DNA of 64,000 bases from Naegleria gruberi (taxonomy: Eukaryota). The DNA is taken from assembly GCA_000004985.1 (NCBI GenBank), contig GG738902.1, one strand, 5' to 3'. Positions 10,673 to 21,909 of this stretch are shown piece after piece. Position 1 is the stretch's first letter. Each line of letters opens with the position of its first letter. Both the position numbers and the translations under genes were made by a program. Below the pieces are notes generated by a model. The model was not told where the DNA came from and searched no databases. It saw nothing but the letters and a program-made list of their open reading frames with translations.

Positions 10673-11910
10673 TTATCTTTTAATGGGCGGGCGTGTCTGT
10701 AAATCACTGATTGAATAATCCTGGAATATTTTCAACATGCGCTCTCTATTCATCAATTTTGTAGTGTGTGTAATTATTAAATCTCCTCTTTTACAAACGA
10801 ATTCGAATAGATCATCCCCAATATAATCCTCATGAATATAGTGAATGTAAAGAAGAATCTCAGGATACTTTGAAAAAAAGGGTGCAACTTCATAATATTC
10901 ATAACATGTACTCACTGAGACATCATACCGTAAAGTTAATTCCAAATATTTCAATCTTTCGGTTCTAGGAATATAGCGGATACACTTTGGTACAATTGAA
11001 AGAATTTGAGGTAGGAATGTAGCTTGTTCCTTGACAAAGCGAAATGTTGAGGGATCTCTTTTCACACAATTCATTACAATTTCCTGATAATTTTCAATGG
11101 CAGGATCAACATATTGGAGGGTGAGAGGATCCAACTCAAGTGCTGGTATTACAATTTCTGGATTCTTTTTGAAAGCTGCAGTCATAAATTGAAGATTGTG
11201 TGGCAGTTTTCTAATGGCCAATAGAGCCATTTCTAAATCAGATTTGAATTCAAAATAAATGTATCTGAATAAATGTGGATTAATTTCTAGAGCCATCTTG
11301 GTTAATTCTCTATCTTTTCTCAATTCCAATTTGATAAATGAAAAGGAAGCTGGATTTAATCTCATATTAATCAATGATTCTTTTACAATTTGCATATCCT
11401 GAAGAGATTCATCAAATTTTTCAAATGAAACTCCATAATTGAGCATTTCCATCATTAATTCTCTATCATTTCTATAAGAATGATTCGTTGGAAAATGATG
11501 TGCTTCCCTCTTTTTTTATCCAATTTCAGAATTTTCAAAAGATATTCAATCGATGAATCGTGACTCAAGGCATAAATTACAAATTCTCTCATTTTAAACA
11601 ATGATTCATCTAAAAGTTTTGCAATTTTTTGTGGATTTCCTTTTCCACTTTGAATTATTTGCATCATGAGTTCTTTATCTTTTCTAAAAGATTTTGGAAT
11701 TAGCTCAAGACATTCTGGATCAATTTCAAATGCCATTAACATTGATTCTCTTGTTTCTTTCCAATTATCTGGGAAATATGAAAATTTTGGATTGATTTGT
11801 TGTCCACTTTTGGCAGCCATCTTGCCTAATTCAAAATCCTTTTCCAAATTATTGACATTTGGCACATATCCATATTTGCTAGCCACCAATTCAAGAATTT
11901 CTCTATCCAT
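10673..11910 (-). pseudogene. DUF4116-repeat protein gene interrupted by a frameshift near 11455-11520; either a pseudogene or a sequencing indel in a homopolymer.
   Basis: Two abutting ORFs (11455..11910 and 10673..11455) both carry the 24-26-aa repeats (IDPECLELIPKSFRKDKELMMQII and LEINPHLFRYIYFEFKSDLEMALLAI). The downstream frame stays open upstream through ...SYRNDRELMMEMLNYG, which is itself a repeat unit. No GT...AG intron is available there. An A7/T7 run lies at about 11510-11516. Confidence 0.55.
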
Positions 11911-12248
11911 ACACCAATTAGACTCTTTAAATAATGAATACAGACAATCAGAATCTCTATTCGAAGAGAGTTTCTAATAGCTATTCTATGTTCGACCACG
12001 ACACTCAAGTATATCTTGAATTTCCATTTTTTTAGAACATTCAATCAATATTTCTTTATCAACACTGCGCAACCAACCAACTCTTTTCAAATACTCCCAA
12101 TAATTTGTTTCCTTTCTCAACTGGAACAAAAGCACGCTACATGATTAACAGATCGAAGTAAAAACTAGTTTGTTCGTTGCTTAGTTGGTTATTTTCACTT
12201 TTGTATTAAGACTAATATTTAATTGAATAGATTTCTTAATGAATGTTA

Positions 12249-12307
12249 GGGGATGTAGCTCACATGGTAGAGCGCTTCTTTAGCATGGAAGAGGTACGGG
12301 GATCGAT
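12249..12307 (+). pseudogene. Truncated tRNA-Ala(AGC) copy: the 5' 59 nt are identical to the intact gene at 3285..3357, then the sequence diverges and runs straight into a T6 tract.
   Basis: GGGGATGTAGCTCACATGGTAGAGCGCTTCTTTAGCATGGAAGAGGTACGGGGATCGAT matches the intact copy. It is followed by CTTTTTTGTACGC rather than ACCCCGCATCTCCA, so the 3' T-stem and acceptor strand are missing. Upstream flanks share TTGTATTAAGACT...GAATGT(A/T)AG. Confidence 0.75.
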
Positions 12308-12785
12308 CTTTTTTGTACGCTTCTATCTTTTTCAATGGAACAAGTTGAAATTACCTTCAATTATTTAAAATAGAATCTTTTTGTAGTATTATTTGAATAA
12401 CATTCTTAGCTAAGAACCATTAGATGACAAAAAACCAAAAACCGCCCAGCAAAACCGTTACACCATTATAAATGGTTTTTCAAAAAAAAACACCATCAAG
12501 AATTTATTCTCACCTGCAATGAAGTAACAACGACACACAGGTGCTAGTTTCAAATCCACATCAAATTACCTGTCTAGATGCCCTTTGCCAATTCTCTTTT
12601 ACCAAGAGCAAAGTGAAAGTCCCCAAAAGATGTTTCCACCATAATACAAAAACAAGTAACACATATTTTCATATATGAATAATATCTATTGCAAGATATT
12701 ATAATCACCATCAAACTATTTGACAAATAAAATTAGCCGGCTGGTTTGCCATCATAATATCCAAGTTGGATTTCAAACAACAAAA

Positions 12786-15700
12786 ATGTCCAAATTGCTT
12801 CTCCTACTATTACTTTCTCTTTTATTTGCAACAACAACAACACGAATAATCAGTGCCTACATCCTGCTACCACAACAATCAGCATCATCTTCACTTTATA
12901 ATAACCAAGATGATAATTCATCATCAACAACTATAATAACATCATCCTCATCATCATCAAATGTATTACTTTCTGCTACAGCAGCAGTGGTGGTGGAGAG
13001 GAATAAAACATTCTATATCAATGAAGCGAATGGCACACAAAGTGGTGATTGTTCCGAGCCTTCAAAAGCCTGCTCCTCCATCCTCTATTTAACTGGTTTG
13101 ATTTCACGATCGACCGATTATTTAACAAACAAGTTTTTAATCTATCTAATAGGAGATTGTATTAAATATGAACCAATAACATTCAGTACCATGACCTTGA
13201 CGAGTACTTTTATATTTCTCTCATACAATGATTCAAATAATACAAATAATAGTAGTGGCAGTACAGTTAATAGAGTGACATTGGCAAATAAGAGATGGTT
13301 AGCTCAATTTTCAAGTATGGGATTTGAAAATTTAATTGTGGACAAGATGGAAATATTTCCAGGAGATGGATTTTCATTTGTGAATTGTCTGGTTAGAGGG
13401 ATGAGTTTGAAGAGAGGATTTACTTGGATGATTGTGAAGAATACAGTGATTGAGGATTCAATTTTTGGAGATGATAGTGTCACGAGTTATATGAGGAATA
13501 AGGACGATAGACCAGTGATTGAAATTACACAGAGTAGAATTGTTCGTTCAAAGATGAATTTAGAATCAATTACTAATGTTATGAACTGTAATTTTACCGA
13601 ATCTAATATGACGATTAGCAATTCAGTATCTTCAACATTGCAGAATATTGCTGTTAACAATTCTAGAATTTTATTAAGAGTTGTCTTTTATATTAATGTG
13701 AATTATTTTGATTGCTCCAATAGTAGTTCATCATTTGCAATTGATGGAGCCAATGAGGTTAAAATTGTGAGGTTCAATTTTGAGAATTGTAATAATTATG
13801 GAGAAAGTACTCTCTTCTCTACTGTTAGGACTTTAAATATTGATCACATGAATTATATTAGAAATAAGGGTGCACTTACGTTTTTAGGAGTTTACCAAAC
13901 TAATATGGGATCATCTAATTTTATTGAGAATAGAAATGGTGCCATTCAAGTGGAAAATCATGGCGACTCACCAACATATTTTGTCGTGCAAGGTTCCAAG
14001 TTTTTGAGAAATAGCAGATTATCAAATGGTGGAGCTATTTATATGGATTCAGCTTTATCAAATTTCCATACCTATTCTAGTGTATTTGAAGATAATATGG
14101 CATTGAATGGAGGTGCTGTATATGTATTAGCATCCATTAGAAATACCTATACCAATACTGTTTTTAACAGAAATAAGGTTACAGACTGTGCTAAATGCGG
14201 TAATGGTGGAGCTCTTTATTCCAACACAAACTCTCTAGAGTGGAGATCCTCCAATTTTACAAATAATGTAGCCATTAAGGGAGGAGCTGTTTTTATTGAT
14301 AGAGTACCATCTATTACCTTTGAAACTCAGGATATTGTGTTTCAAAATAATGAAGCTCAATTTGGATCAGACTTTTTCTTTGAAAAGTATGAAGTTGACA
14401 AGTTCCCTGTTGATAAATATGCAAACTCTACTGCCAGCTCAATTATGAAGAGTTTCAAAGTACTCATGAATAATATTGAGATAGACTCAGGAAAGAACTT
14501 TGATGTCTATCCAGGTGAAACGATACAATTACAATATTCCTTTGAAGACATATTTGGAAATAGAATTGAATCTTCTCATAATCAACCTGTCATATCCTCT
14601 GATGCAAATATTACTCTATACACAGTTTTTACCTCAAATACGGACTTTAAGTTGCTCTTTGATTTGAATAATAAGGGAGAGATATCTACAACTGTTGAAT
14701 TGGTCATTGCCTATTCAGAATTTACTGTAATTAGTGAATTGCATCTCACCATTGCTCCATGTCCACAGTATCATCGTTTACAACAGGTCAATTTTAATGG
14801 ATACAAATGTGTCAAGCAAGATGTATTGCTTATTATCATTTCCTCTGTACTTTCATTTATTTCCCTGCTTATAATAATACCATTCATTTCATTCATTCTT
14901 TACAGGTTTGCACTCAAAAAGTTGTTTATATTCTACAAGAGAGAACGAGAGGAGAGAAGAATTGAAAAGCAATTGAAAGATTACCTCTTTAGAAATATTA
15001 ATGCCAATGATGAGAAACAAGGTCTCCTCAAATCTTTGACACATTCTAATATGATAATTCCAATCAGTGACATTCAAATTGTTTCCAAAATAGGAGAAGG
15101 ATCGAATGGTGTAGTATATTTGGGGCGATGGAAACAAACTGACGTTGCCCTCAAAAGTATCAAACATGATTCTACCGATATTGATATTGAAAATCAATTA
15201 GAAGAATTTGAACATGAAGCTTCCTTATTAGCAAGCTTACGTCATCCCAATGTCATTTCATTTTATGGTATTAGTTTCGGTCTCAATGTACAATACATGG
15301 TAGTTGAATATTCAGTTAATGGAAGTTTGGACAAGGCAATTCATCAATCCAAGATTAAGAAGAAGGTTCTCAGTTTTAGAGATAAGATTAATATTGTTCT
15401 TGGAATTTCAAAAGGTTTAAATTACTTGCATTCATTGAGACCACAAATGATTGTTCACAGGTATGTATTTGAATAGTCTTATTGAGATTAATACTGAAAT
15501 TATCAAATAATTTTAGAGATTTGAAACCTGGAAATATTCTATTGGATAGTAATTTTGAGCCAAAGGTAACAGATTTTGGAATGAGTCGATTTATTGGAAC
15601 TGAAAATTCATCCATGACCATGAATGTTGGTACATTACGATATTGTGCACCTGAGATATTCAACAATGACAAACACGATGCCAATCACATGGTCGATGTC

Positions 15701-16096
15701 TACTCATTCTCAATGATTATGTATGAATTATTATTTGAGGATGCTCCCTTCTCTGAAAATACTAAAAAGATGAAGAATAGAAGTTCAGGAATCTCTACAT
15801 CTGACTCCTCATCCGTAACAAGTGGAAGTGGTTCAAATAATATTAATGAAATGTACAGTATTCCAGTTCGAGTAGTGAGAGGAGAACGCCCAAGCATTCC
15901 CTTCTCGAATGAAAATGAATTGGAAATGTGGGCTGATGAGTTTATTACTGATAATGCCTCTCTAAACTACAAAGTACAAGCTCTTGAACAATATATTGAA
16001 TTGATGAAACAGTGTTGGGCTCAAGCTCCAAATCAAAGACCATCCTTTGGTCAAATTTCGGAAACCCTTTTGAATATTAGCATTTCTTTCAGATAA
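12786..16096 (+). CDS. Receptor-like TKL protein kinase. Exons 12786..15460 and 15517..16096, intron 15461..15516 (GTATGT...TTTTAG, 56 nt). Signal peptide, beta-helix-like ectodomain, one TM, kinase domain.
   Basis: Starts MSKLLLLLLLSLLFA. The ectodomain has recurring NGGAIY, NGGAVYV, GNGGALYS and KGGAVFID motifs. TM segment is VLLIIISSVLSFISLLIIIPFISFILY. Kinase motifs are IGEGSNGVVYLG...ALK and, across the splice, HR|DLKPGNILL...DFGMSR. The ORF-track stop after HRYVFE lies in the intron. Confidence 0.8.
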
Positions 16097-16428
16097 GCCA
16101 GCTACATGCCAACACAATCTCTCAATGATACAATCAAGCAAATTTTCTTCATAATTTATTGTAAATTATTGTAATCATTAAATTGTTTAGCACTGAGAAT
16201 CTTGTGGATACTTGGGAACGGTTTTCATGTTCCAAAACGAGACGCAAATAACAAAAACGCGAAAAAAAATAATTAGCGAAATTTGGGCGCGGATTTACTT
16301 TTCTTCAGCAAATTTCATCATCAGCACAAAGCAGCAAGCTTATCATCACCATCATCACGGAATAATTATCTTTTCTATTTATTTATTAATCTTCAATATC
16401 TAGATTTTATCTATTTGGAGAGAAGAGA

Positions 16429-17496
16429 ATGAACATTAGAATTCTTGTAACTACTTTAATATCATGTTTAGTAATCTTTCAAGCCACAATTTTATCGGTT
16501 GAGGCTTGTTCTTTCTTGTTGAAGGGAGAACAACAATGTACTCATTGGTCCTATCAGAAAGCTGCTATATGGCAACAGGAATGTCCATTCTCATCATGTG
16601 GAGGAAGATCACAATCACCCATTTCTATTTCACTCTATCAAACGACACTCTATGAGACCTATTTCATGAATGCCAAGGCACAGAGTTTGATCATGTATGA
16701 TTTCTCTACGGATGATAAGAGATTGATTGTGTTTAGGGGAATTGATAACTTTTTTCAACAATTTAGCTTTTCTGTCATTAATAATAATCATACTATTGTG
16801 ATGGAGAGTGTGAATGAGGAGTCAATTTCGATTGAGAGATCATTTTGGATTAGAAATAATACTTGGCAAACGTTTAATTCGATAACAGTGCCATATTATT
16901 TGAAACAATTTCACTTACATTCACCTTCTGAACATTTGGTCAATTCTGAGAGTTTTGATTTGGAGTTACATTTGGTTTTCCAAAGAAATGATCTTCCTTC
17001 AAATACAAGTGAAGCTCTAGTTCCAAAACTTGCTGTTGTTGGAATATTGTACAAGGTTCTTTTGGGAGCTATTGATAATCCACTTGTTGACATTGTCATT
17101 CAAAATGTTTTACAGAAACCAAGAGTTATTGGAAAGCCAATTCCAACCACTGTTACAGGAGGATTATTATTCGACCTAGTTACTGCACGTCAACAATTTG
17201 ATCCACTTTATTCATACTTTGTTTACAATGGAAGTTTAACAACTCCAAATTGTAATGAAAATGTCATGTGGAATTTGATTAATCCAAACATTATGAGTGG
17301 TGGTTATCATTACATTTCCTCCAGACAATTAACAACATTACAACAACTCATGAATCAAAATAAGCCACACATTGCAGAAGGTGCCAACTTGGGAAAAGTT
17401 CAAATTAACACTGGCTCTGCCTATATTGGAAATAATAGACCTTTACAACCTCTGAATGGTAGAACCATCATTAATATTGTAAAGAAATTACTGTAA
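16429..17496 (+). CDS. Secreted alpha-carbonic anhydrase family protein (355 aa).
   Basis: N-terminal signal peptide. QSPISI matches QSPIDI. FHLHSPSEHLVNSESFDLELHLVF matches the zinc-ligand region FHFHWG..SEH..ELHLVH. LTTPNCNENVMWNL matches the LTTPP Thr199 loop. Confidence 0.75.
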   Translation: MNIRILVTTLISCLVIFQATILSVEACSFLLKGEQQCTHWSYQKAAIWQQECPFSSCGGRSQSPISISLYQTTLYETYFMNAKAQSLIMYDFSTDDKRLIVFRGIDNFFQQFSFSVINNNHTIVMESVNEESISIERSFWIRNNTWQTFNSITVPYYLKQFHLHSPSEHLVNSESFDLELHLVFQRNDLPSNTSEALVPKLAVVGILYKVLLGAIDNPLVDIVIQNVLQKPRVIGKPIPTTVTGGLLFDLVTARQQFDPLYSYFVYNGSLTTPNCNENVMWNLINPNIMSGGYHYISSRQLTTLQQLMNQNKPHIAEGANLGKVQINTGSAYIGNNRPLQPLNGRTIINIVKKLL

Positions 17497-17768
17497 ATAA
17501 TTGTACAAAATAAAGATATAATTCCTATGAACAACCTCCTAAATAGAAAGATAAATTGAACATTCAATTTATTATTAATTGTAAAAATAGATCAAGAACC
17601 ACAATATGAAATTCTAGTACATAAAATATCGATTCAAACTCTGTGTGAATTCCATTCATGAATGAGGCATGTAGTGTAATTCTAACATCACGATCAGCTC
17701 ATTTATCTGAAGTGTTGGTGGCGTAACTCCACCCATGCCTTTTTATCTTTCGAATTCTTTTAAAAAAA

Positions 17769-18905
17769 ATGAACGATTTCAACAAGGTACTGACAGTTGT
17801 TTTCATATTGAATTGGTTACTTTTTATTGCATTTTGGAGGAGTTATGCCCCTAATCCACAAGAAAGTTATAACTTGGGTGTTGCCGATAATGAGGGGGTT
17901 GAAGTACCATCTGCACCATTTTATGCCAAAACTGAAGTAATTAGTCCAGAGAAAGTGGACGAAAGAAAAGAAAGTTCTGTAATTGTGAAAGGAGCTTCGG
18001 GATACAAGTGTATTTTGCCACCAACCGAAACTAACAAGCAATTTTTCGCTGTTGGTGAGAATTATTATAGTGGCAGTTCGGAAATGTTGAAATTTATTTG
18101 TGAATATTTAAAGAGACGAAACTTGGTGCAAGAAATTATTCCAAAATCAAGAAAGATGATGAAGAGATTAATATACGAAACTCATTTGATGGAAATGGTG
18201 GGATTGAGAGATGCAGTGATGAAAAGATATGCCAATTCCTTGATTGATAATCAGATATATTTTGGTGGACCACAAATCAAGAAAAATAGACGATTTGTTA
18301 TTCGAATCGGATTAATTCGAAAGGCAATTATCGAATATTGCAAAAGAAAACCGCCTTCTTTCATCAACAATTTGGATACACCACTCAGGGCTGCCTTATT
18401 TAATATTCGAAATGAATTAAGAGGGGATGCACTTTTTCTATTTATCAATTTACACGATCAACAGATATTGAGAGAAATTTCTAGAGAAATTGTTTCGAAT
18501 CTGCCACAATATCTTTCTAATATTGGAAATTCTTCAGATCTTTCAAAAATGATGAAGGAGAAATTAGCAGAAACAGTTTACAAAATGTTACAACGATATG
18601 GAAACAAAGAAATTAGTACTACAATCTCTCTTGAACTGGTAGCCTCAGTATTATCAGAAAACAAAAAACTTTTCAATAACTATGAAAATTGTTTCACCAA
18701 TCATTCAACCAGACCAATGCTTGGATGTTTTGGATTTATCAAGAACATGCCAAAACCACTTTACAATGCAATGATTAAGAAATTATTTGAGAGAAGTGGT
18801 GAAATCCGGATCCTTTGCCACAATCACCAAATAAGTGCAAACGCGAAAGAAAAGTTTGAAAAAATGTTTTCATTAAGATTGGATCGATTTCTGAAGAAAT
18901 TGTAA
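17769..18905 (+). CDS. Hypothetical protein with N-terminal TM anchor (378 aa).
   Basis: ATG start. N-terminal hydrophobic segment LTVVFILNWLLFIAFW. No recognisable domain. Confidence 0.45.
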   Translation: MNDFNKVLTVVFILNWLLFIAFWRSYAPNPQESYNLGVADNEGVEVPSAPFYAKTEVISPEKVDERKESSVIVKGASGYKCILPPTETNKQFFAVGENYYSGSSEMLKFICEYLKRRNLVQEIIPKSRKMMKRLIYETHLMEMVGLRDAVMKRYANSLIDNQIYFGGPQIKKNRRFVIRIGLIRKAIIEYCKRKPPSFINNLDTPLRAALFNIRNELRGDALFLFINLHDQQILREISREIVSNLPQYLSNIGNSSDLSKMMKEKLAETVYKMLQRYGNKEISTTISLELVASVLSENKKLFNNYENCFTNHSTRPMLGCFGFIKNMPKPLYNAMIKKLFERSGEIRILCHNHQISANAKEKFEKMFSLRLDRFLKKL

Positions 18906-19133
18906 ACTAAAGTTTTTTTAAACTATTCACAATAAAACTGATTCAATTGTAGCATTTGAACCAAATACAAGTAAAATGTTAGCTAACATTTGATAAGGTA
19001 GGTTCAATTGACTTTGAAACATTTGACAGTGCTTCCTTTTCGAATATCAAACAAGCAAATTATTATCAAATCACAGAACTTCACAATATAGAGGATTTTG
19101 CTGTTAATAATCAAAATTTGTATTGTACAATGG

Positions 19134-19970
19134 TTATTGAACAAATGGTTCAAAACCAAACTGAGTCATTCCCTTGTGCATAATATTTAATTCTATTGTC
19201 ACCTCTCCTCCAACACTTTCAGTCCTGGTTACCTCTCTTCCTTCACCTTTACAAACCATTGTCGAGTCGAAATATTCTGGGGCCACTCCCTTTACGGAAC
19301 CAATCCATTTCTGTATTAAGGATGTACTTTGAGGTTTAAACAGTTTAACTTTCAGACTGTGTTTTCCAGCTCCGATTGGTACTTGACACCATCCATATCC
19401 GATAATCTTTTGCTTTCCAGTTCCTTCTTGAACAACAAGACACAACTTTGGCCATCCATAAGGATTTGTACTTCTAAAACAAATCTCCAGAGGGAAATTC
19501 CAAATATACTTTGAGTTGAATCCTCTTGGCCTCATTGCAACCTGTGTCACACCACTTTCCAAGCTTACTCCTTCTCCAGTTGTTCTTGCAATTTCCCAAT
19601 CTTGCCCATAAACAAATTGAAAACTACACGAAATATTCATATTGCCAGGAAATTCTGCATGACTTATTACACCATTCACAATCACATAAAACGATGAAGT
19701 GGCATTATTATTTTGAACTGATGTATAATTATTATTCATGGTTGTATTATTGAGGGTGATATTTGTTGTATTCAAATTGATGCTATTCATCGGATCAAGA
19801 TTATTTACACTTGTTGATAAAATACTACTCGCTGAGGTTTCTATAATGTTGTTTGCTGCTTCAATATTTTCCGATATTATTGGCTGTTTATTTGGTCTGC
19901 CGAGCATACCTGCCGTACTTGGTCGTGAACTAACACCTGCTGGCTTTGAGCTTGATGGTCTATTGAGCAT
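19134..19970 (-). CDS. B9-domain protein (B9D1/MKS1-like ciliary transition-zone component) with an N/S/T-rich N-terminal extension. Further upstream exons are possible.
   Basis: FYVIVNGVISHAEFPG...FVYGQDWE...IWNFPLEICFRSTNPYGWPKL...GYGWCQVP..GKH...PEYFDS..V.KGEGREVTRTESVGGEV aligns along its length with B9D1 (VNGQ.ESA.FP; FVYGQDW; VWNFPIDV.FKSTNPYGWPQ; GEGREVTRV). Confidence 0.8.
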   Translation of the reverse strand: MLNRPSSSKPAGVSSRPSTAGMLGRPNKQPIISENIEAANNIIETSASSILSTSVNNLDPMNSINLNTTNITLNNTTMNNNYTSVQNNNATSSFYVIVNGVISHAEFPGNMNISCSFQFVYGQDWEIARTTGEGVSLESGVTQVAMRPRGFNSKYIWNFPLEICFRSTNPYGWPKLCLVVQEGTGKQKIIGYGWCQVPIGAGKHSLKVKLFKPQSTSLIQKWIGSVKGVAPEYFDSTMVCKGEGREVTRTESVGGEVTIELNIMHKGMTQFGFEPFVQ

Positions 19971-20347
19971 TTTTTTTAAGGAATTGTTTGGATTTTGTGT
20001 AGATTTTTGGCGGGAAAGTCTAATAATACAACACTCCTCAAACGTTCTCAGATTCTAGTTTGAAGTAAATGGTTATACCTGTTTGTTTTACAGTCAGAAG
20101 ATTGGATTGTTTGAGAATAGTTGGGAAACATTGGATTCCATCTGCTGTGAAAGATTCTATAAAAGAAATTAAAGTATATCTTTCAAAAGACGAAGTAACT
20201 ATTTTAAGGGAAGGCGAGGTTTACCATTTGTCTAAATAATTATGACAAAGAATGTACGTTGGTTCATATGTACTAAAATGAGCATGCTTTGTGTTTTGAA
20301 AATTAGAACCAATTCCATCCAGTAAATAACAAGTTTGAAACTAAACA

Positions 20348-21763
20348 TTGCAAACAGAGAAAAACAGTAAGGTTAATCCAAATCAAAAAAAAATGTCCGA
20401 AAAACAACCTTCATCAAACTCTTCAAACAACAATAACACAAAGCATGATAGTAATAATAGTAATAATAATAACGACAATGGAATGACCAATAAGATTGGA
20501 CATAAACAATTCATCTTGGAAAAACCCATCGATACAATATTTACAACAAGTAATTCTTCATCAAGAAGTTTCATAACACCACTAACACCAGAACAACAGG
20601 AAAGGTTGAAAATGATCGATCCAAAGCAGGCTATGATGTTGTATTTTGTTACAAGTACATTCTTTTCACGTCTGTTTGCTCATCCATTGGACAGAATTTC
20701 AACCATTCTCCGAACACAACATGTTCTTCCAAATGCGTATGGTACAAGCTTTTATACAAATTTGCCAACAGCAGTATCTTCATCATTGGTACAACCACAG
20801 CAACAGGCTCCTTTTAGAGGTGCCATTGATGCTTTGAAAAAACTTCCAAAGGATAGAACATTGTGGAGAGGATTGGCTCCCGATGTTTATGGGTAGGTTC
20901 CATATAAACTATGGATTTTAATATTTGGATTAACATTTGGAAATTGGATTTTTATTAATCTGGAAATTTATTATTATGGATTTTTTAATATTTAATTAAA
21001 TCAATTTGGATTTATTAATATTTCGGAAAGTCGCTTATGTGCAAAAGTAGTGGAATTACAATTTGCAGATGAAATTAACAACTTTATTCAACCTTGGATG
21101 GGAACTCTTGTAGAACAAGATCCAAACGATCCAAGAAAGAAACTTTTAAATACAAAGGTGTTGGCTACCTCTGTAATATCTGGTGCTGTTGCATCCTTCC
21201 TTATTTCTTATCCATTCAGTGTTGTTTCAACAAGAATGCAATCCAATTTAATTCCACTCCATGAAGTGAAATATAATATGGATTGGCAAATGGTGAACAA
21301 GACCAACTTTTCCAATGTATGGCAATCATTTAAATCAATCTATCAATTTGAAGGAATAAGAGGATTCTATACTGGTTTATCAGCTGCTGTATCTGGTCTT
21401 GCTGTTTATAGAGGCATCTATTTTGCCTTATTCGATTCATTGAGACGATTGGGAATGAGTGACAATTATTCATTGAGTGAGAAATTCTTATATAGTCAAG
21501 GTTGTATATTCACTGCTGGTCTCAGTGCTTATCCTTTCCGTCTCATTGGTGATCGATTGAAAGCTCAAGCTGTCTTTAGAAAATTATACACGGAGGAGGA
21601 AACTCAGCTATTCTATAGAGGAACTTTGGATGCCATGAAAAAGATTTACCAACAAGAGGGAATTAGAGGATATTACAGAGGATTTGTTTTTTCATTGGGC
21701 ACAAGTTATGCAGGTGCCATCTTACTAAGCATGTTTGTTGCCCTTGGATCGAGACAATTTTAA
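20348..21763 (+). CDS. Mitochondrial carrier family protein. Exon 1 ends at 20892; intron 20893..21030 (GTAGGT...GAAAG); exon 2 21031..21763. The true start is probably ATG 20393 (MSEKQPS...).
   Basis: Exon 1 carries an N-rich tract, then HPLDRISTILR...GAIDALKKL...LWRGLAPDVYG. Exon 2 carries LATSVISGAVASFLISYPFSVV, GFYTGLSAAVSG and GIRGYYRGFVFSLGTSYAGAIL, the three carrier repeats. The only in-frame AG acceptor between the in-frame stop at 21017-19 and the downstream ORF is at 21029-30. Confidence 0.65.
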
Positions 21764-21909
21764 CTGTCACCCTTTAGCAAATGTTCCACAAGATCAGTAG
21801 ATAAATAATAATTAATTGTACAAAACAAATTTCATGAATGGATCAACAACAATAACAGTACTGATTAAAATAGTATTAAGGTTAGCAAAAATTTTATTGA
21901 GGGAATAAC

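Noticed and set aside
19329-20058. Plus-strand ORFs 19329..19514, 19526..19753 and 19738..20058, antisense to the B9 gene.
   Set aside because: They are nested antisense within a well-conserved B9-domain coding sequence, with no protein-like features.
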